From positions 308 through 64,307 of the forward strand of contig JAJEEA010000337.1 of assembly GCA_022821235.1 (NCBI GenBank): DNA of 64,000 bases, in the 5' to 3' direction. The notes beneath the pieces are model-generated. The model had not been told where the DNA came from. It searched no databases and was given only the letters and a program-made list of their open reading frames with translations. This document shows positions 19,381 to 28,598 of the stretch, in pieces. The DNA is from Vicinamibacteria bacterium (GTDB lineage Bacteria > Acidobacteriota > Vicinamibacteria > Vicinamibacterales > UBA8438). Numbering within the stretch: the first letter of the stretch is position 1; each line of letters starts with the position of its first letter. The position numbers and the translations under genes are program-made.

Positions 19381-21201
19381 ATGGGTGGGGCGCCGGGGGC
19401 GAGACGCGGGGTGCGGTGGGCCGGGGCGGTGGCCATCGCGGCGGGGCTGACGCTCGGGCCGGGAGCCGGCGGCGAGGCCGGGTGCTGCGCCGAGACCGTA
19501 GCGGCGGCCGCGCGGACAAGAGCCGGCACTGCGACGTCGCAGCCGCCGGGGGACGGGATGGCGGCCATGCGGGCGGCGCTTGATGCCGTGGCGGCGCTTC
19601 CGGGCGAGCCGCGCATCTTGAGCGCGGCCGGCGTCACGCGCGACGAGACGCCGCTGCTCACCCTCGAGAACCCGTCGCCCTTCGACCCGGCGCGGGCCGA
19701 GCGCCGCCTGGTGCTGGTCGGCGGGCTCGAGGGCGACGCCGACGCGGCGGCGCGCATCGTGCTCGACGCGGTGCGGTGGTTCAAGACCGAGGCCCCCGAA
19801 GAGGAGCGCACGCGGTGGGCCGTGAGCGCGCTGCCGATGGCTCATCCGTCGCCGGACGGGCCGGGTCGACCCGGCAGGTTTCCCCCGGCCGGCGGGTTCT
19901 TCGACGACCCCGGCCGGCCCGAGAGCCGCTACGTCTGGCGCTGGGTCGCCTACCAAGCCCCCGACCTGGTGGTGGAGGTGCGCGCCGGCGACGGGTTCGG
20001 CGTCCGCGCGCGCGCCGCCGGCGAGAGCGGCGGGGAAGCCGGCGACGACGCTATGCCGGCCGGCTCTCTGGCCGCGGCGATGGCGGACACGGCGAGCACA
20101 CCTGGCCTCGGTCCCGTCGCCACCCTGCTCGTGACGGCCGGGGCCTCGGACGGGGCGGCGGTGGTGCGCGAGGCGCTGGCCCGCGCCCCGGACGGGCAGT
20201 CGCCCCTGCGCGACGCCCTCGCCGCCCGCGTGGGGCGCGACCCGCTGCCGCTGGCGAGCGTCCTCGCGCGTCGCTATCCCGGCACCCCGAGCATCAGCTA
20301 TATTCCCGCCCTCGCCTGGGTCCACTCGTTGCGGCTGGCCGAGCTCGACGGCGACTTGTCGCTGCGCGACAAGGTGATGGGAGAGGTCGGCCCGTGGCTC
20401 TCCGGCGAACGACCGTTGTTCGGCGACCGCATCAGCTTCGCGGCGGTGGCGGGGACGATGATCTTCAGCGAGCTGGCGCAGTCGTCGGGCGGCGACCGCG
20501 ATGCGGCGGCCCGGCTCGCCGACGAGGGGGTGGCCCTCGCGCGGGCGGAGACCGCCCCGGGCGTCCCCCGGCACGGCTCGGGGTGGAGCGACGACTTCTT
20601 CCTCGGCACCATCGCCGCCGTCCGCGCAGGCGACCGTGAGGGCCTCGCCGCCGCCGTCCGCCTCGTCACCACCTACGCGGCGCGCCTGCAGCAGCCGGAC
20701 GGGCTCTTCCACCATGACGCCGGCGCCCCGGCCGCCTGGGGCCGGGGCAACGGCTTCGGCGCCCTCGGTCTCTCCGAGCTCCTGACGGTCCTGCCCGCCG
20801 ACCATCCGGAGCGGGAGACGGTGCTCGACGTCCACCGCCGGCACCTGGCGGCCATGCGCGCCCGCCAGGCCCCGGACGGGATGTGGCGCCAGGTCGTCGA
20901 CGAGCCCGGCAGCTACCGCGAGACCAGCGTCACCGCGATGACCCTGACCGCGATGGCCCGCGGCATCCGGCTCGGGTGGCTCGACGCGTCGTACCGGCCG
21001 GTCGTCGACCGGGCGTGGCGCGCCCTGCTCGCCCACGTGCTGGAGGACGGCACGCTGGTCGACGTCTGCATCGGCACCGGGGCGGGTCCGACGCGGCGTT
21101 ACTATCTCGATCGCCCCGCCGTCAACGGGGCCGACGATCGCGGCGGGGCCATGGCCCTCGGCGCGGCGCTGGAGTATCACTACCTGCTGGAGGCGGATTG
21201 A
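19381..21201 (+). CDS. glycoside hydrolase family 88/105-like protein with an N-terminal extra domain
   Basis: The C-terminal ~350 aa (WSDDFFLGTIAAV...QQPDGLFHHDAGAPAAWGRGNGFGALGL...QAPDGMWRQVVDEPGSYRETSVTAM...DGTLVDVCIGTGAG) looks like the (alpha/alpha)6 unsaturated glucuronyl/rhamnogalacturonyl hydrolase family. The ATG at 19381 follows GGGAGGAGAG. Confidence 0.7.
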   Translation: MGGAPGARRGVRWAGAVAIAAGLTLGPGAGGEAGCCAETVAAAARTRAGTATSQPPGDGMAAMRAALDAVAALPGEPRILSAAGVTRDETPLLTLENPSPFDPARAERRLVLVGGLEGDADAAARIVLDAVRWFKTEAPEEERTRWAVSALPMAHPSPDGPGRPGRFPPAGGFFDDPGRPESRYVWRWVAYQAPDLVVEVRAGDGFGVRARAAGESGGEAGDDAMPAGSLAAAMADTASTPGLGPVATLLVTAGASDGAAVVREALARAPDGQSPLRDALAARVGRDPLPLASVLARRYPGTPSISYIPALAWVHSLRLAELDGDLSLRDKVMGEVGPWLSGERPLFGDRISFAAVAGTMIFSELAQSSGGDRDAAARLADEGVALARAETAPGVPRHGSGWSDDFFLGTIAAVRAGDREGLAAAVRLVTTYAARLQQPDGLFHHDAGAPAAWGRGNGFGALGLSELLTVLPADHPERETVLDVHRRHLAAMRARQAPDGMWRQVVDEPGSYRETSVTAMTLTAMARGIRLGWLDASYRPVVDRAWRALLAHVLEDGTLVDVCIGTGAGPTRRYYLDRPAVNGADDRGGAMALGAALEYHYLLEAD

Positions 21202-21256
21202 GTTCCGGATCCGCCGAAGCGCGCACGCTGCACGTTCAAGTGTCGGGGAGGAGAGC

Positions 21257-23350
21257 ATGGCCGGATCGCGATGCGCCGCAGGAATCGTTGCCGGTACGGC
21301 GTTGACGGCCGCCTGTGGCGGAGACCCGGGAATCGACGTGCCGCCGCCACCGCCTACCGAGGTCCGGGAGGTCGTCGACACGCTGCACGGCGTGGACGTG
21401 CCCGACCCCTACCGGTGGCTCGAGGACCAGGAGGCGCCCGAGACGCGCGCCTGGATCGACGCGCAGAACGCCCACACCGACGCGGTGCTGGGCGCCCTGC
21501 CCGGCCGCGACGAGCTGCGGGCACAGGCCGCGTCGGTGCTCGAGCGCGACGTGGTCGGCCTGCCGAACGAGCGCGGGGGGCGCTACTTCTACAGCAAGCG
21601 GCGCGCGGACCAGGACCTGTCGGTGGTGTACGTGCGCGAGGGGCTCGACGGCGAGGACCGGGTGCTGATCGACCCCCACCCGATGAGCCCCGACCACACC
21701 ACCAGCGTCGCCCTGCGCGACATCTCGGACGACGGCGCGCGGGTCGTCTACGGGGTCCGCGAAGGGGGCGTCGACGAGGTCGAGATTCGCGTGCGCGACG
21801 TCGACACCGGCGAGGACCTCGCCGACGTGCTGCCGCCGGCCCGCTACGGCGCGGTGACCCTGGCCCCGGACGGCGGCGGGCTCTACTACGAGCGGTACGG
21901 CAACGTGACGCCGCGGGTGATGTACCACGCGTTCGGGACGCCCCTGGCGGACGATCGGCAGCTCTTCGGCGAAGGGTACGAGCGCTACCAGATTCCCTCC
22001 ACCGTGGTGTCGGACGACGGGCGCTGGATGGTCGTCCACGTCATCGAGGGCTCGTCGGGGCCGACCTCCATACACGTCAAGGACCTCGAGCGCGACACGC
22101 CGTTCGTGACCGCCATCGCCGACGGCGTCTCCGAGTCGTGGGCCTCGTTCGCGGGCGGCGAGCTGGTCATCGTCACCAACCTCGACGCGCCGAACCGGCG
22201 GGTGGTGCTGGTCGACCCCGCGGACCCCGGGTTCGAGGGCTGGCGCGACGTCGTTCCCGAGCGCAACGACGTCGTCGTCGAGGGGGCCGCCGCCCTCGGC
22301 GGGAAGCTCGCGGTGTCGTACCTGCAGGACGTGCAGCCGCGGGTCGCCGTCCACGAGCTCGACGGGACCCACGTCCGCGACATCGCGTTCGACACCCTGG
22401 GTTCGGTCGGCGGCGGGTCGGGGCGGTGGACGAGCGACGAGGCCTTCTTCACGTTCCAGACGTTCCACGTGCCGAGCACCATCTACCGCTACGACCTCGC
22501 GACCGGCGAGCAGTCGGTGTGGGCCGAGCCCGTGCTGCCCGCCGACGCGGCCGCCTACGAGGTGACCCAGCGCCGGTTCGCGTCGAAGGACGGCACCGAG
22601 GTGCCGATGTTCGTCGTCCACCCGCCCGACGTCGCCCTCGACGGGACCAACCCGACCCTGCTCACCGGCTACGGCGGCTTCAACAACGCCATGACCCCGG
22701 CGTTCTCGGCCCTCGCCACGACGTGGCTCGAGTCGGGCGGGGTCTTCGCCCTCGCGAACCTGCGCGGGGGCAGCGAGTTCGGCGAGGCGTGGCACCGCGC
22801 GGGCATGCTCGAGAGCAAGCAGAACGTGTTCGACGACTTCATCGCCGCGGCCGAGCACCTCGTCGCCGAGGGCTACACCAGCCCCGAGCACCTCGCCATC
22901 CGCGGCGGCAGCAACGGCGGGCTCCTCGTCGGCGCGGTGTCGAACCAGCGGCCCGACCTCTTCGGGGCGGTGGTCTGCACCTATCCGCTGCTCGACATGG
23001 TCCGCTATCACCAGTTCCTCGTCGCCAGCTTCTGGGTGCCCGAGTACGGTTCGAGCGACGATCCCGAGCAGTTCGCCTACATCCACGCGTACTCGCCGTA
23101 CCACAACGTCGTGGACGGCGGCGACTACCCGGCGACGCTGTACCTGTCGGGCGACGGCGACACCCGCGTGGCGCCCCTGCACGCCCGCAAGATGACCGCC
23201 CTGATGCAGGCGAGGAACGGCTCGGACAACCCGATCCTGCTGCGCTACCACACGGCGGCGGGCCACTCCGGGGGCCAGCCGGTCAGCCAGCAGATCGACG
23301 AGATGGTCGACACCGTGAGCTTCCTGCTCTGGCAGGTGGGGCGGGAGTAG
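21257..23350 (+). CDS. prolyl oligopeptidase (S9A)
   Basis: Contains DPYRWLEDQEAPETRAWIDAQN, the propeller region, GGSNGGLL (the catalytic Ser motif) and a C-terminal D/H region. The N-terminus has a lipoprotein-like signal (LTAACGG). Confidence 0.9.
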   Translation: MAGSRCAAGIVAGTALTAACGGDPGIDVPPPPPTEVREVVDTLHGVDVPDPYRWLEDQEAPETRAWIDAQNAHTDAVLGALPGRDELRAQAASVLERDVVGLPNERGGRYFYSKRRADQDLSVVYVREGLDGEDRVLIDPHPMSPDHTTSVALRDISDDGARVVYGVREGGVDEVEIRVRDVDTGEDLADVLPPARYGAVTLAPDGGGLYYERYGNVTPRVMYHAFGTPLADDRQLFGEGYERYQIPSTVVSDDGRWMVVHVIEGSSGPTSIHVKDLERDTPFVTAIADGVSESWASFAGGELVIVTNLDAPNRRVVLVDPADPGFEGWRDVVPERNDVVVEGAAALGGKLAVSYLQDVQPRVAVHELDGTHVRDIAFDTLGSVGGGSGRWTSDEAFFTFQTFHVPSTIYRYDLATGEQSVWAEPVLPADAAAYEVTQRRFASKDGTEVPMFVVHPPDVALDGTNPTLLTGYGGFNNAMTPAFSALATTWLESGGVFALANLRGGSEFGEAWHRAGMLESKQNVFDDFIAAAEHLVAEGYTSPEHLAIRGGSNGGLLVGAVSNQRPDLFGAVVCTYPLLDMVRYHQFLVASFWVPEYGSSDDPEQFAYIHAYSPYHNVVDGGDYPATLYLSGDGDTRVAPLHARKMTALMQARNGSDNPILLRYHTAAGHSGGQPVSQQIDEMVDTVSFLLWQVGRE

Positions 23351-23630
23351 CGTGGCCGCCCCTCGGCCGGGGGTCGGTGACGGCCGGCTCGGGCGGGTGC
23401 GGTCCGCGAGGCTGGCGCGTCCGTCTGCCGGCCCGGTGACGTCCATCGCCTTGCTCCTCATCGGGCGTCGGGAGCTGCCGGACCAGGCCCGGGGATTCTA
23501 CCGGACCTCGACGCGTGCCGTACAGGCTCCACTTCACCCGCCGCGTCAATCGCTACGATCAGATCGCGCGTTGGTCCGCCTCATGGTCGCGACTCCACAT
23601 TTTGTGCAGCTTCGACGGCATCGAAGCGCG

Positions 23631-24245
23631 TCAGCGGAACAGTTGTCGAAGCCAGTCGCAGAGCTCTTCAGCGGCTGGAGCCGTCGCATCGAGGTCACCC
23701 GCGCCGATGGCGCCCCCCATTTTCCTTGGCTCGGCTCTGGCGGCCAGCCAAGCGTGTAGTCGAGCTTTCAGGATCTTTCCGGGCTTGAACTTGCGAGCCG
23801 TGTCGGGAATGCTCTCGATATAGGCGCTGGCGAGCGGCCACACGGGATCCTCGGCGGCAATCAAGCCGGCGACGAAGTTCTCGAGCTCGCCCGGGGAGTC
23901 GTTATCGGGCATCAGCCAGATTCCCGCTCGGGGTTTGCCCTCGACTATCGTACCGGTCTGCGTCATGGACGGCGGCGGTTCGAGACCTGCTCCTCGAAGA
24001 CGGCCTGCTATCGACTGCCACCGCGCCTGCGGATTGTCGTTCGCATCGGCCAGAATGCCGACCGCGAGCCGGCCGGGGGCCTTGATTTCGGGACCGATTG
24101 CCCGGACGAGTGCCGGAAGGCCGGTCTTGTCGGCGATCTCGAAGTCCGGGATGTCCGGTCTGGCGTTGCAGAGGTGTCGCACGACGTGCTTGTCGTCGGC
24201 TTCCTCCACCAGCAGGATCCGACCAGGGGGCGACCCTGGGGCCAT
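23631..24245 (-). CDS. small Toprim-like protein (DUF3226/DUF4276-like), partner of the upstream ATPase
   Basis: 204 aa from the ATG at 24245: MAPGSPPGRILLVEEADDKHVVRHL...LAVGILADANDNP...IWLMPDNDSPGELENF. There is an acidic Glu early and a D-x-x-D cluster later, as in Toprim-fold partners of OLD-type ATPases. It begins 4 nt after the ATPase stop. The family name comes from memory and is not verified. Confidence 0.6.
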   Translation of the reverse strand: MAPGSPPGRILLVEEADDKHVVRHLCNARPDIPDFEIADKTGLPALVRAIGPEIKAPGRLAVGILADANDNPQARWQSIAGRLRGAGLEPPPSMTQTGTIVEGKPRAGIWLMPDNDSPGELENFVAGLIAAEDPVWPLASAYIESIPDTARKFKPGKILKARLHAWLAARAEPRKMGGAIGAGDLDATAPAAEELCDWLRQLFR

Positions 24246-24249
24246 GCGG

Positions 24250-25374
24250 CTACCTGACCTCGATGCCCTGCTCGGCAATCGCCTCGAGGTCTTCCTCGGT
24301 GTACTCGACCGGTCGCACGTCCTGGCCGTCACGATCGAGCCGCACCAGAGCGCCCGCAACATCGCCGATTTCCGTTGCCGCCTGCGCGAAGCCACGCACG
24401 CAATCCCAGCTATGAGTCGTAGCCAACACCTGCACGTTGTTCTGCTGCGCGGCGCGGAGGACCGTGCGCCAGAAGTCGCGCTGGACAGAGTGGTGGAACC
24501 CGTTCTCCGCTTCGTCGACGACGAGGAAGCCGTCGCGACTGTTGGCGAGGGCCAATCCGGCCGCGAACATGCGCGGGACGCCGTCGCCGAGGCTCTTGAG
24601 CGGGACGGGACGAGCCTGGTTCTTCAGCTTCACGACCACGCGGCGGCGATGGCTTCGCTGGTCGTCGCTGACCACCGCGACGCGATCGATGTCGTCACCG
24701 ATGAGGCGCAGAGCGTCTATCGAGAGGTCCTCCGCTTCGGTCAGCGTGACGTTGTCCCACAAGCGCGCGATTCTGTTGTTGCTTGGCAGTCCCGGCCCCA
24801 GGGACTCGCATTCGATGATCGGCCACTCGGTGTCGTCGTTGCGCCATGCACGATGGAGATCCCAGACGTAACGGCTTCGCGCCCAACTCCTGTTTCGTTC
24901 ACTTGCCGGCAGAAACCACGGAAGCAGCCGTTCTTCTCGCCGATACTCGATCTTGATGGCCTGCATTCGGGCGGGTTGGTCAGCGAACAGACTCTGTTGG
25001 GCCGGAAGCGTGGACACCTCGATTCGGAGGTCGTCCTTGCCGCCCGCCGGACCAATGGTGATGGACTGCCCGTGCGTTCCGACGCGGCCGTGGAACAGGG
25101 CGGCGTAGTCGGGAAAAACGACGGGATCCCGATCCTCGTCGAGAGCGGCGGCGAATTCCTCCCGGCGCTCCAGCACGTCGTGCAACACGTTCGGGCGCGC
25201 CCGGGCGGCGTAAACGCGCACCGCCTCGAGCACGGTGGTCTTGCCCGCACCGTTGCGGCCGGTCAACAGGGTCACGCGGCCAAGCCGGGCGATGGAGAGA
25301 CGCGCGATACCGCGAAAGCCGGTTATCGACAAGTCGGGAATGTGCAGGTTCGCGTGTATGCGTTGGTCGGACAT
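24250..25374 (-). CDS. ABC-type (AAA_21/AAA_15-like, OLD-family-like) ATPase
   Basis: Walker A is GRNGAGKTT. It also has KSLGDG signature-like residues, Walker B/D-loop FLVVDEAENGFH and H-loop LATTHS. GC looks visibly lower than in the flanks. Confidence 0.8.
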   Translation of the reverse strand: MSDQRIHANLHIPDLSITGFRGIARLSIARLGRVTLLTGRNGAGKTTVLEAVRVYAARARPNVLHDVLERREEFAAALDEDRDPVVFPDYAALFHGRVGTHGQSITIGPAGGKDDLRIEVSTLPAQQSLFADQPARMQAIKIEYRREERLLPWFLPASERNRSWARSRYVWDLHRAWRNDDTEWPIIECESLGPGLPSNNRIARLWDNVTLTEAEDLSIDALRLIGDDIDRVAVVSDDQRSHRRRVVVKLKNQARPVPLKSLGDGVPRMFAAGLALANSRDGFLVVDEAENGFHHSVQRDFWRTVLRAAQQNNVQVLATTHSWDCVRGFAQAATEIGDVAGALVRLDRDGQDVRPVEYTEEDLEAIAEQGIEVR

Positions 25375-25413
25375 GCGAATCCGCGGCTACTGATGTGCGC
25401 TGGAAGGCGCCGT

Positions 25414-25449
25414 GATTCCATCCGCGCCGGTATCGGCCCGGATGGAATC
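25414..25449 (-). terminator. strong hairpin directly after the stop of gene 25453..26472
   Basis: GATTCCATCCGCGCCG-GTAT-CGGCCCGGATGGAATC forms 16 paired positions with one mismatch, 4 nt downstream of the TAG stop. There is no U-tract, which is common in high-GC genomes. Confidence 0.5.
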
Positions 25450-25452
25450 TCT

Positions 25453-26472
25453 CTAGGGGCCGACGTTGACGGTAACGTCCTGGTGGGTCGCGAGTCCGCC
25501 GTCGTGGGCGAGGGCGCGGACCACGTAGCGGCCCGGCCGGTAGAAGGTCGCCTCGACCACCCACGTCCCGTCCTCGGGCGGCTCGGGCGTCTTCCAGCCC
25601 GGAGCCCACGGTGAGTCGGCGCCGGCGCGGTAGTCCTCCCAGACCTTGAACTGCGGCGGGTCGAACGTGACCGCGCCCGGGCCGCGGTAGACGATCCAGG
25701 CGACGCGCAGGCCGCTCGCGCTGTTCGGGGTGCCCGCCCCGATGCGGGTGGTGCCGATGCGCGGGGCCGGCATGTTCCGCGTCCTCGGCACGCCGTCGTC
25801 GGTGGCGTGCGCCCGCAGGACCACGGGCTCGCCGACGGTCGTGCGCCGGACGGACAGGCCGTCGACCTCCAGCTCCGGCCGCTGGTTGCCGAAGATGTTG
25901 TAGGCGCCCCCGGCCGGCCCGCCGGCGCCGTTGTTGTTCATGATCGCGACGTCGTCGAGGAAGTAGTCGGGATGCAGCGTCGCGTAGGCGCGCTCCGTCT
26001 CGCCGCGGCTCGTGAGCGTCCAGACCAGCTCGCTATCGCCGAAGTCGGCGGGTACGCGGACGCGGAAGACGTGCCGGTTCCGCCGCGGCTGGAAGCGCGT
26101 GGGCTGGCCGCGGTCCGGGCTGCCCGGCTCGATCCGGTTGTCGAGGCCGATGGGGACCTCGAGCGGGTCCCAGCTTCGGTTCATGTAGCCGAAGACCAGG
26201 TTGAACGACCCGTCGTCGTTCCTCTCCCAGCCCTCGTAGGCCGGGGCGATGCTCAGCTCGCGCCCCGGCCGGTCGTCGGCTTCGTCCTGGGCCTGCACCG
26301 TACCCGGGGCGGCGACGAGGGCCGCGGCCAGGAGGGCCGCGGCGCCGGCCGCGGCTCCCGTCCCTCGCGGCCCCGACGTCTGCGTCGTGCCCGCCATCGC
26401 CGCACGGCGCGCTCCTTCGCCTCGGTCGCTACCCCGACCAGGCGGCTCCGGCGTCCGCGTCATCCTCGCCAT
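25453..26472 (-). CDS. secreted hypothetical protein (co-transcribed with the cytochrome-c/monooxygenase-like gene)
   Basis: The ATG at 26472 lies 2 nt after the upstream stop. It has a signal peptide (AAGAAALLAAALVAAPGTVQAQDE) and well-composed sequence to the stop. I do not recognise a family. Confidence 0.7.
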   Translation of the reverse strand: MARMTRTPEPPGRGSDRGEGARRAAMAGTTQTSGPRGTGAAAGAAALLAAALVAAPGTVQAQDEADDRPGRELSIAPAYEGWERNDDGSFNLVFGYMNRSWDPLEVPIGLDNRIEPGSPDRGQPTRFQPRRNRHVFRVRVPADFGDSELVWTLTSRGETERAYATLHPDYFLDDVAIMNNNGAGGPAGGAYNIFGNQRPELEVDGLSVRRTTVGEPVVLRAHATDDGVPRTRNMPAPRIGTTRIGAGTPNSASGLRVAWIVYRGPGAVTFDPPQFKVWEDYRAGADSPWAPGWKTPEPPEDGTWVVEATFYRPGRYVVRALAHDGGLATHQDVTVNVGP

Positions 26473-26474
26473 CG

Positions 26475-27905
26475 CTACTGGCCCCCGGTGTTGTCGGCAG
26501 CGGCCGGCACCAGCTCCGACGGGTCGGGGTAGCCGCACAGCGGGCAGCCGATGACCGTCTCGCCCGGCGCGAGGCCCAGACGCTCGCGGCGCGCCGCCAT
26601 CTCGTCGGCGAACTCCTGGTCGGTCAGCGACACCGCCTGCCCGATGTTGATCATCATGTTGTCGATCGAGCGGTGGCCCAGCCCCGACCAGTTCCGCGGG
26701 TCGGAGACGTTGGGGTTGCTCGGCGTGTTGTCGAAGTAGCCCCTGATGCGCAGGATGGTGCCGCGCGGCAGCAGCGGCGCCGCGTCGTCCTCGAACGTGT
26801 ACACCCGCACCCAGTTGTGGTTGTAGCCGGCGCAGCTCAGGGTCTCGACGTTGTTCTGCCAGATGGCGTCCAGGCACATCCGCACCCCCGCCGCGTGCAT
26901 GTGCGGCTAGTACACCATCATCTTGGTGTGCTCCATCAGGGTGCTGAACGCCTCGAACTCCTGGTCGGCCTCCATCGGGCGGATGTCGAGCTCGACGGTC
27001 GCCGGACCGATGATCTCCACCGTGCGCGACGGCTCGTAGCCCTCGGGGTGGAACTTGAACCCCATCTCGAGCTGGGCGCGGGTGTGGCGCCCGTTCGAGT
27101 GCAGGTGGGCGGACGGGAACAGGATCTTCGAGCCCGCCTTCAGCAGCTTGCCGGCGTCTGGATGGAAGACGTCGGGGTTGCGTCCCACCTCGTGGACCGG
27201 CCAGAAGCCGGCCTCCTCGACCGGCCGGCCGTCGGGACCGACGGGCAGCACGACGAGGTGGTGGATGACGTAGAGCCCGCCGATGGTGTCGCGCTCGGCC
27301 GGCCCCTCCCAGGTGCTCACCTCGCGCATCTCGACGGCCGCGACGTAGCGATCCTCGGTCAGCCCGGTCTCGGACTCGCCCATCGGCCCCCACCAGTCGG
27401 GCGCCGTCGCGGGGACCTCGATCTCAGGGGACTTGACGACGAGGTCGGGCTCGCCGATCTGCCAGCCCGACGCGTCGACGACGCGGGTCACGGCCGGCCG
27501 GTCGACCGGCTCGCCGCGCGGGGCGCCGTCGTCGACCCAGGCCCCGATGAGGGCGATCTCCTCGGCGCTCAGCGAGATGTCGCCCTTGTAGTCCTGGATG
27601 CCGACGTCCTTCTCGATGTACCACGGCGGCATCACGTCCGGCTTGCCGACCCGCCCGGTGCGGTACTTGATGGACCGCGCCCAGGGCCGCACGTCCTCGT
27701 AGGTCAGCAGCGGCATCGGCGCCACCGACTCGGGGCGGTGGCAGTTCTGGCAGCTCCGCTCGAGGATGGGCGCGATGTCGCGATGGTAGGTGACGGCGTC
27801 CGTCTCGTCGGCGGACTGAGCCGCGGCCGGCGCGGCGAGCACGGCGATGGCGGCGGCGGTCAGGCCGGCCGCGAAACAACGTCCCCGGAAGCTCGATGCA
27901 GGCAT
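26475..27905 (-). pseudogene. cytochrome-c (CxxCH) domain fused to a PHM/DBH-like copper-monooxygenase-like domain, interrupted by an in-frame TAG at 26907-26909
   Basis: ORFs 26907..28670 (real start ATG 27905, MPASSFRGRCFAAGL...CQNCHRPESVAPM) and 26475..26900 are in the same frame, separated only by TAG-CCG-CAC. The His clusters span the break: VIHHLVV, SAHLHSNG | TAG | PH-MHAAG...DNMM. Confidence 0.65.
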
Positions 27906-28154
27906 CAGGACGGCCTCCTCGCGTGGCGATGTGACGACGGTGCAGGTGCGTAGTCCTATCGTAGTGGACCGGTCCGGCGGAATCAACGTGCCGTCGCTCG
28001 CGATGCTGCGGTAGGCTACTCGGTGGGCGGTTGGGTGCCGGTGGGGGATCCTGACGGCGGCCTGGAGCACTTGCGGACCGAGGCGATCGTCGGCGCCCGA
28101 TTCGATGATTCCGTCTCGCCGGCCGCGGGCGGCCCCGGCGAACGGGACTCTGCG

Positions 28155-28598
28155 ATGACACTGGACCAGTGGCGCATGCTGCGCCGGCGGGCGAAGGCGG
28201 TCCACCGCGACGAGGAACCCGACGTTCTGGCCCCGCCGGAGGCCTTCAGCGATCGCCGCGCCGACGACAGATTCCGGAACGAGCACTTGCCGGGGCACGA
28301 TCCGGCGGCCATTCGGGGACTGAGCGCCGCGGTTCGCAGCCGTATCGCCAGCAGTTGCTGCGGTTGGGTGGTCCGGCCGACCAGCGCGGAGTTCTACGAG
28401 GCGATCCACGCCGACACGCTGACGAAGCGCCAGCGGGCCCTGATCCGCATGTGGACCCGAGAGGCGGAACCCGCTCAGATCGTCCTGGCATGGGCCGAAG
28501 AGGTGTACACGCTCCGCGAGCTGGTCGCCGCCGTCCACCGGGCGCATGCGGACCATCCTCAGGTTGCGAGAGAGCTGAACCGGCTGGCGCGACGATGA
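28155..28598 (+). CDS. hypothetical protein, putative cognate antitoxin/regulator of the downstream AbiEii-like toxin
   Basis: 147 codons with high third-position GC. The stop overlaps the toxin start (ATGA at 28595-28598). The sequence does not resemble canonical AbiEi as far as I can tell. Confidence 0.45.
   Translation: MTLDQWRMLRRRAKAVHRDEEPDVLAPPEAFSDRRADDRFRNEHLPGHDPAAIRGLSAAVRSRIASSCCGWVVRPTSAEFYEAIHADTLTKRQRALIRMWTREAEPAQIVLAWAEEVYTLRELVAAVHRAHADHPQVARELNRLARR

Noticed and set aside
26907-26909. TAG read as pyrrolysine, or reassigned as a sense codon.
   Set aside because: TAG terminates several well-supported genes here (372..2810 and 3729..4802, for example). No pylTSBCD-like genes are visible. 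A nonsense mutation or sequencing error is the simpler explanation.
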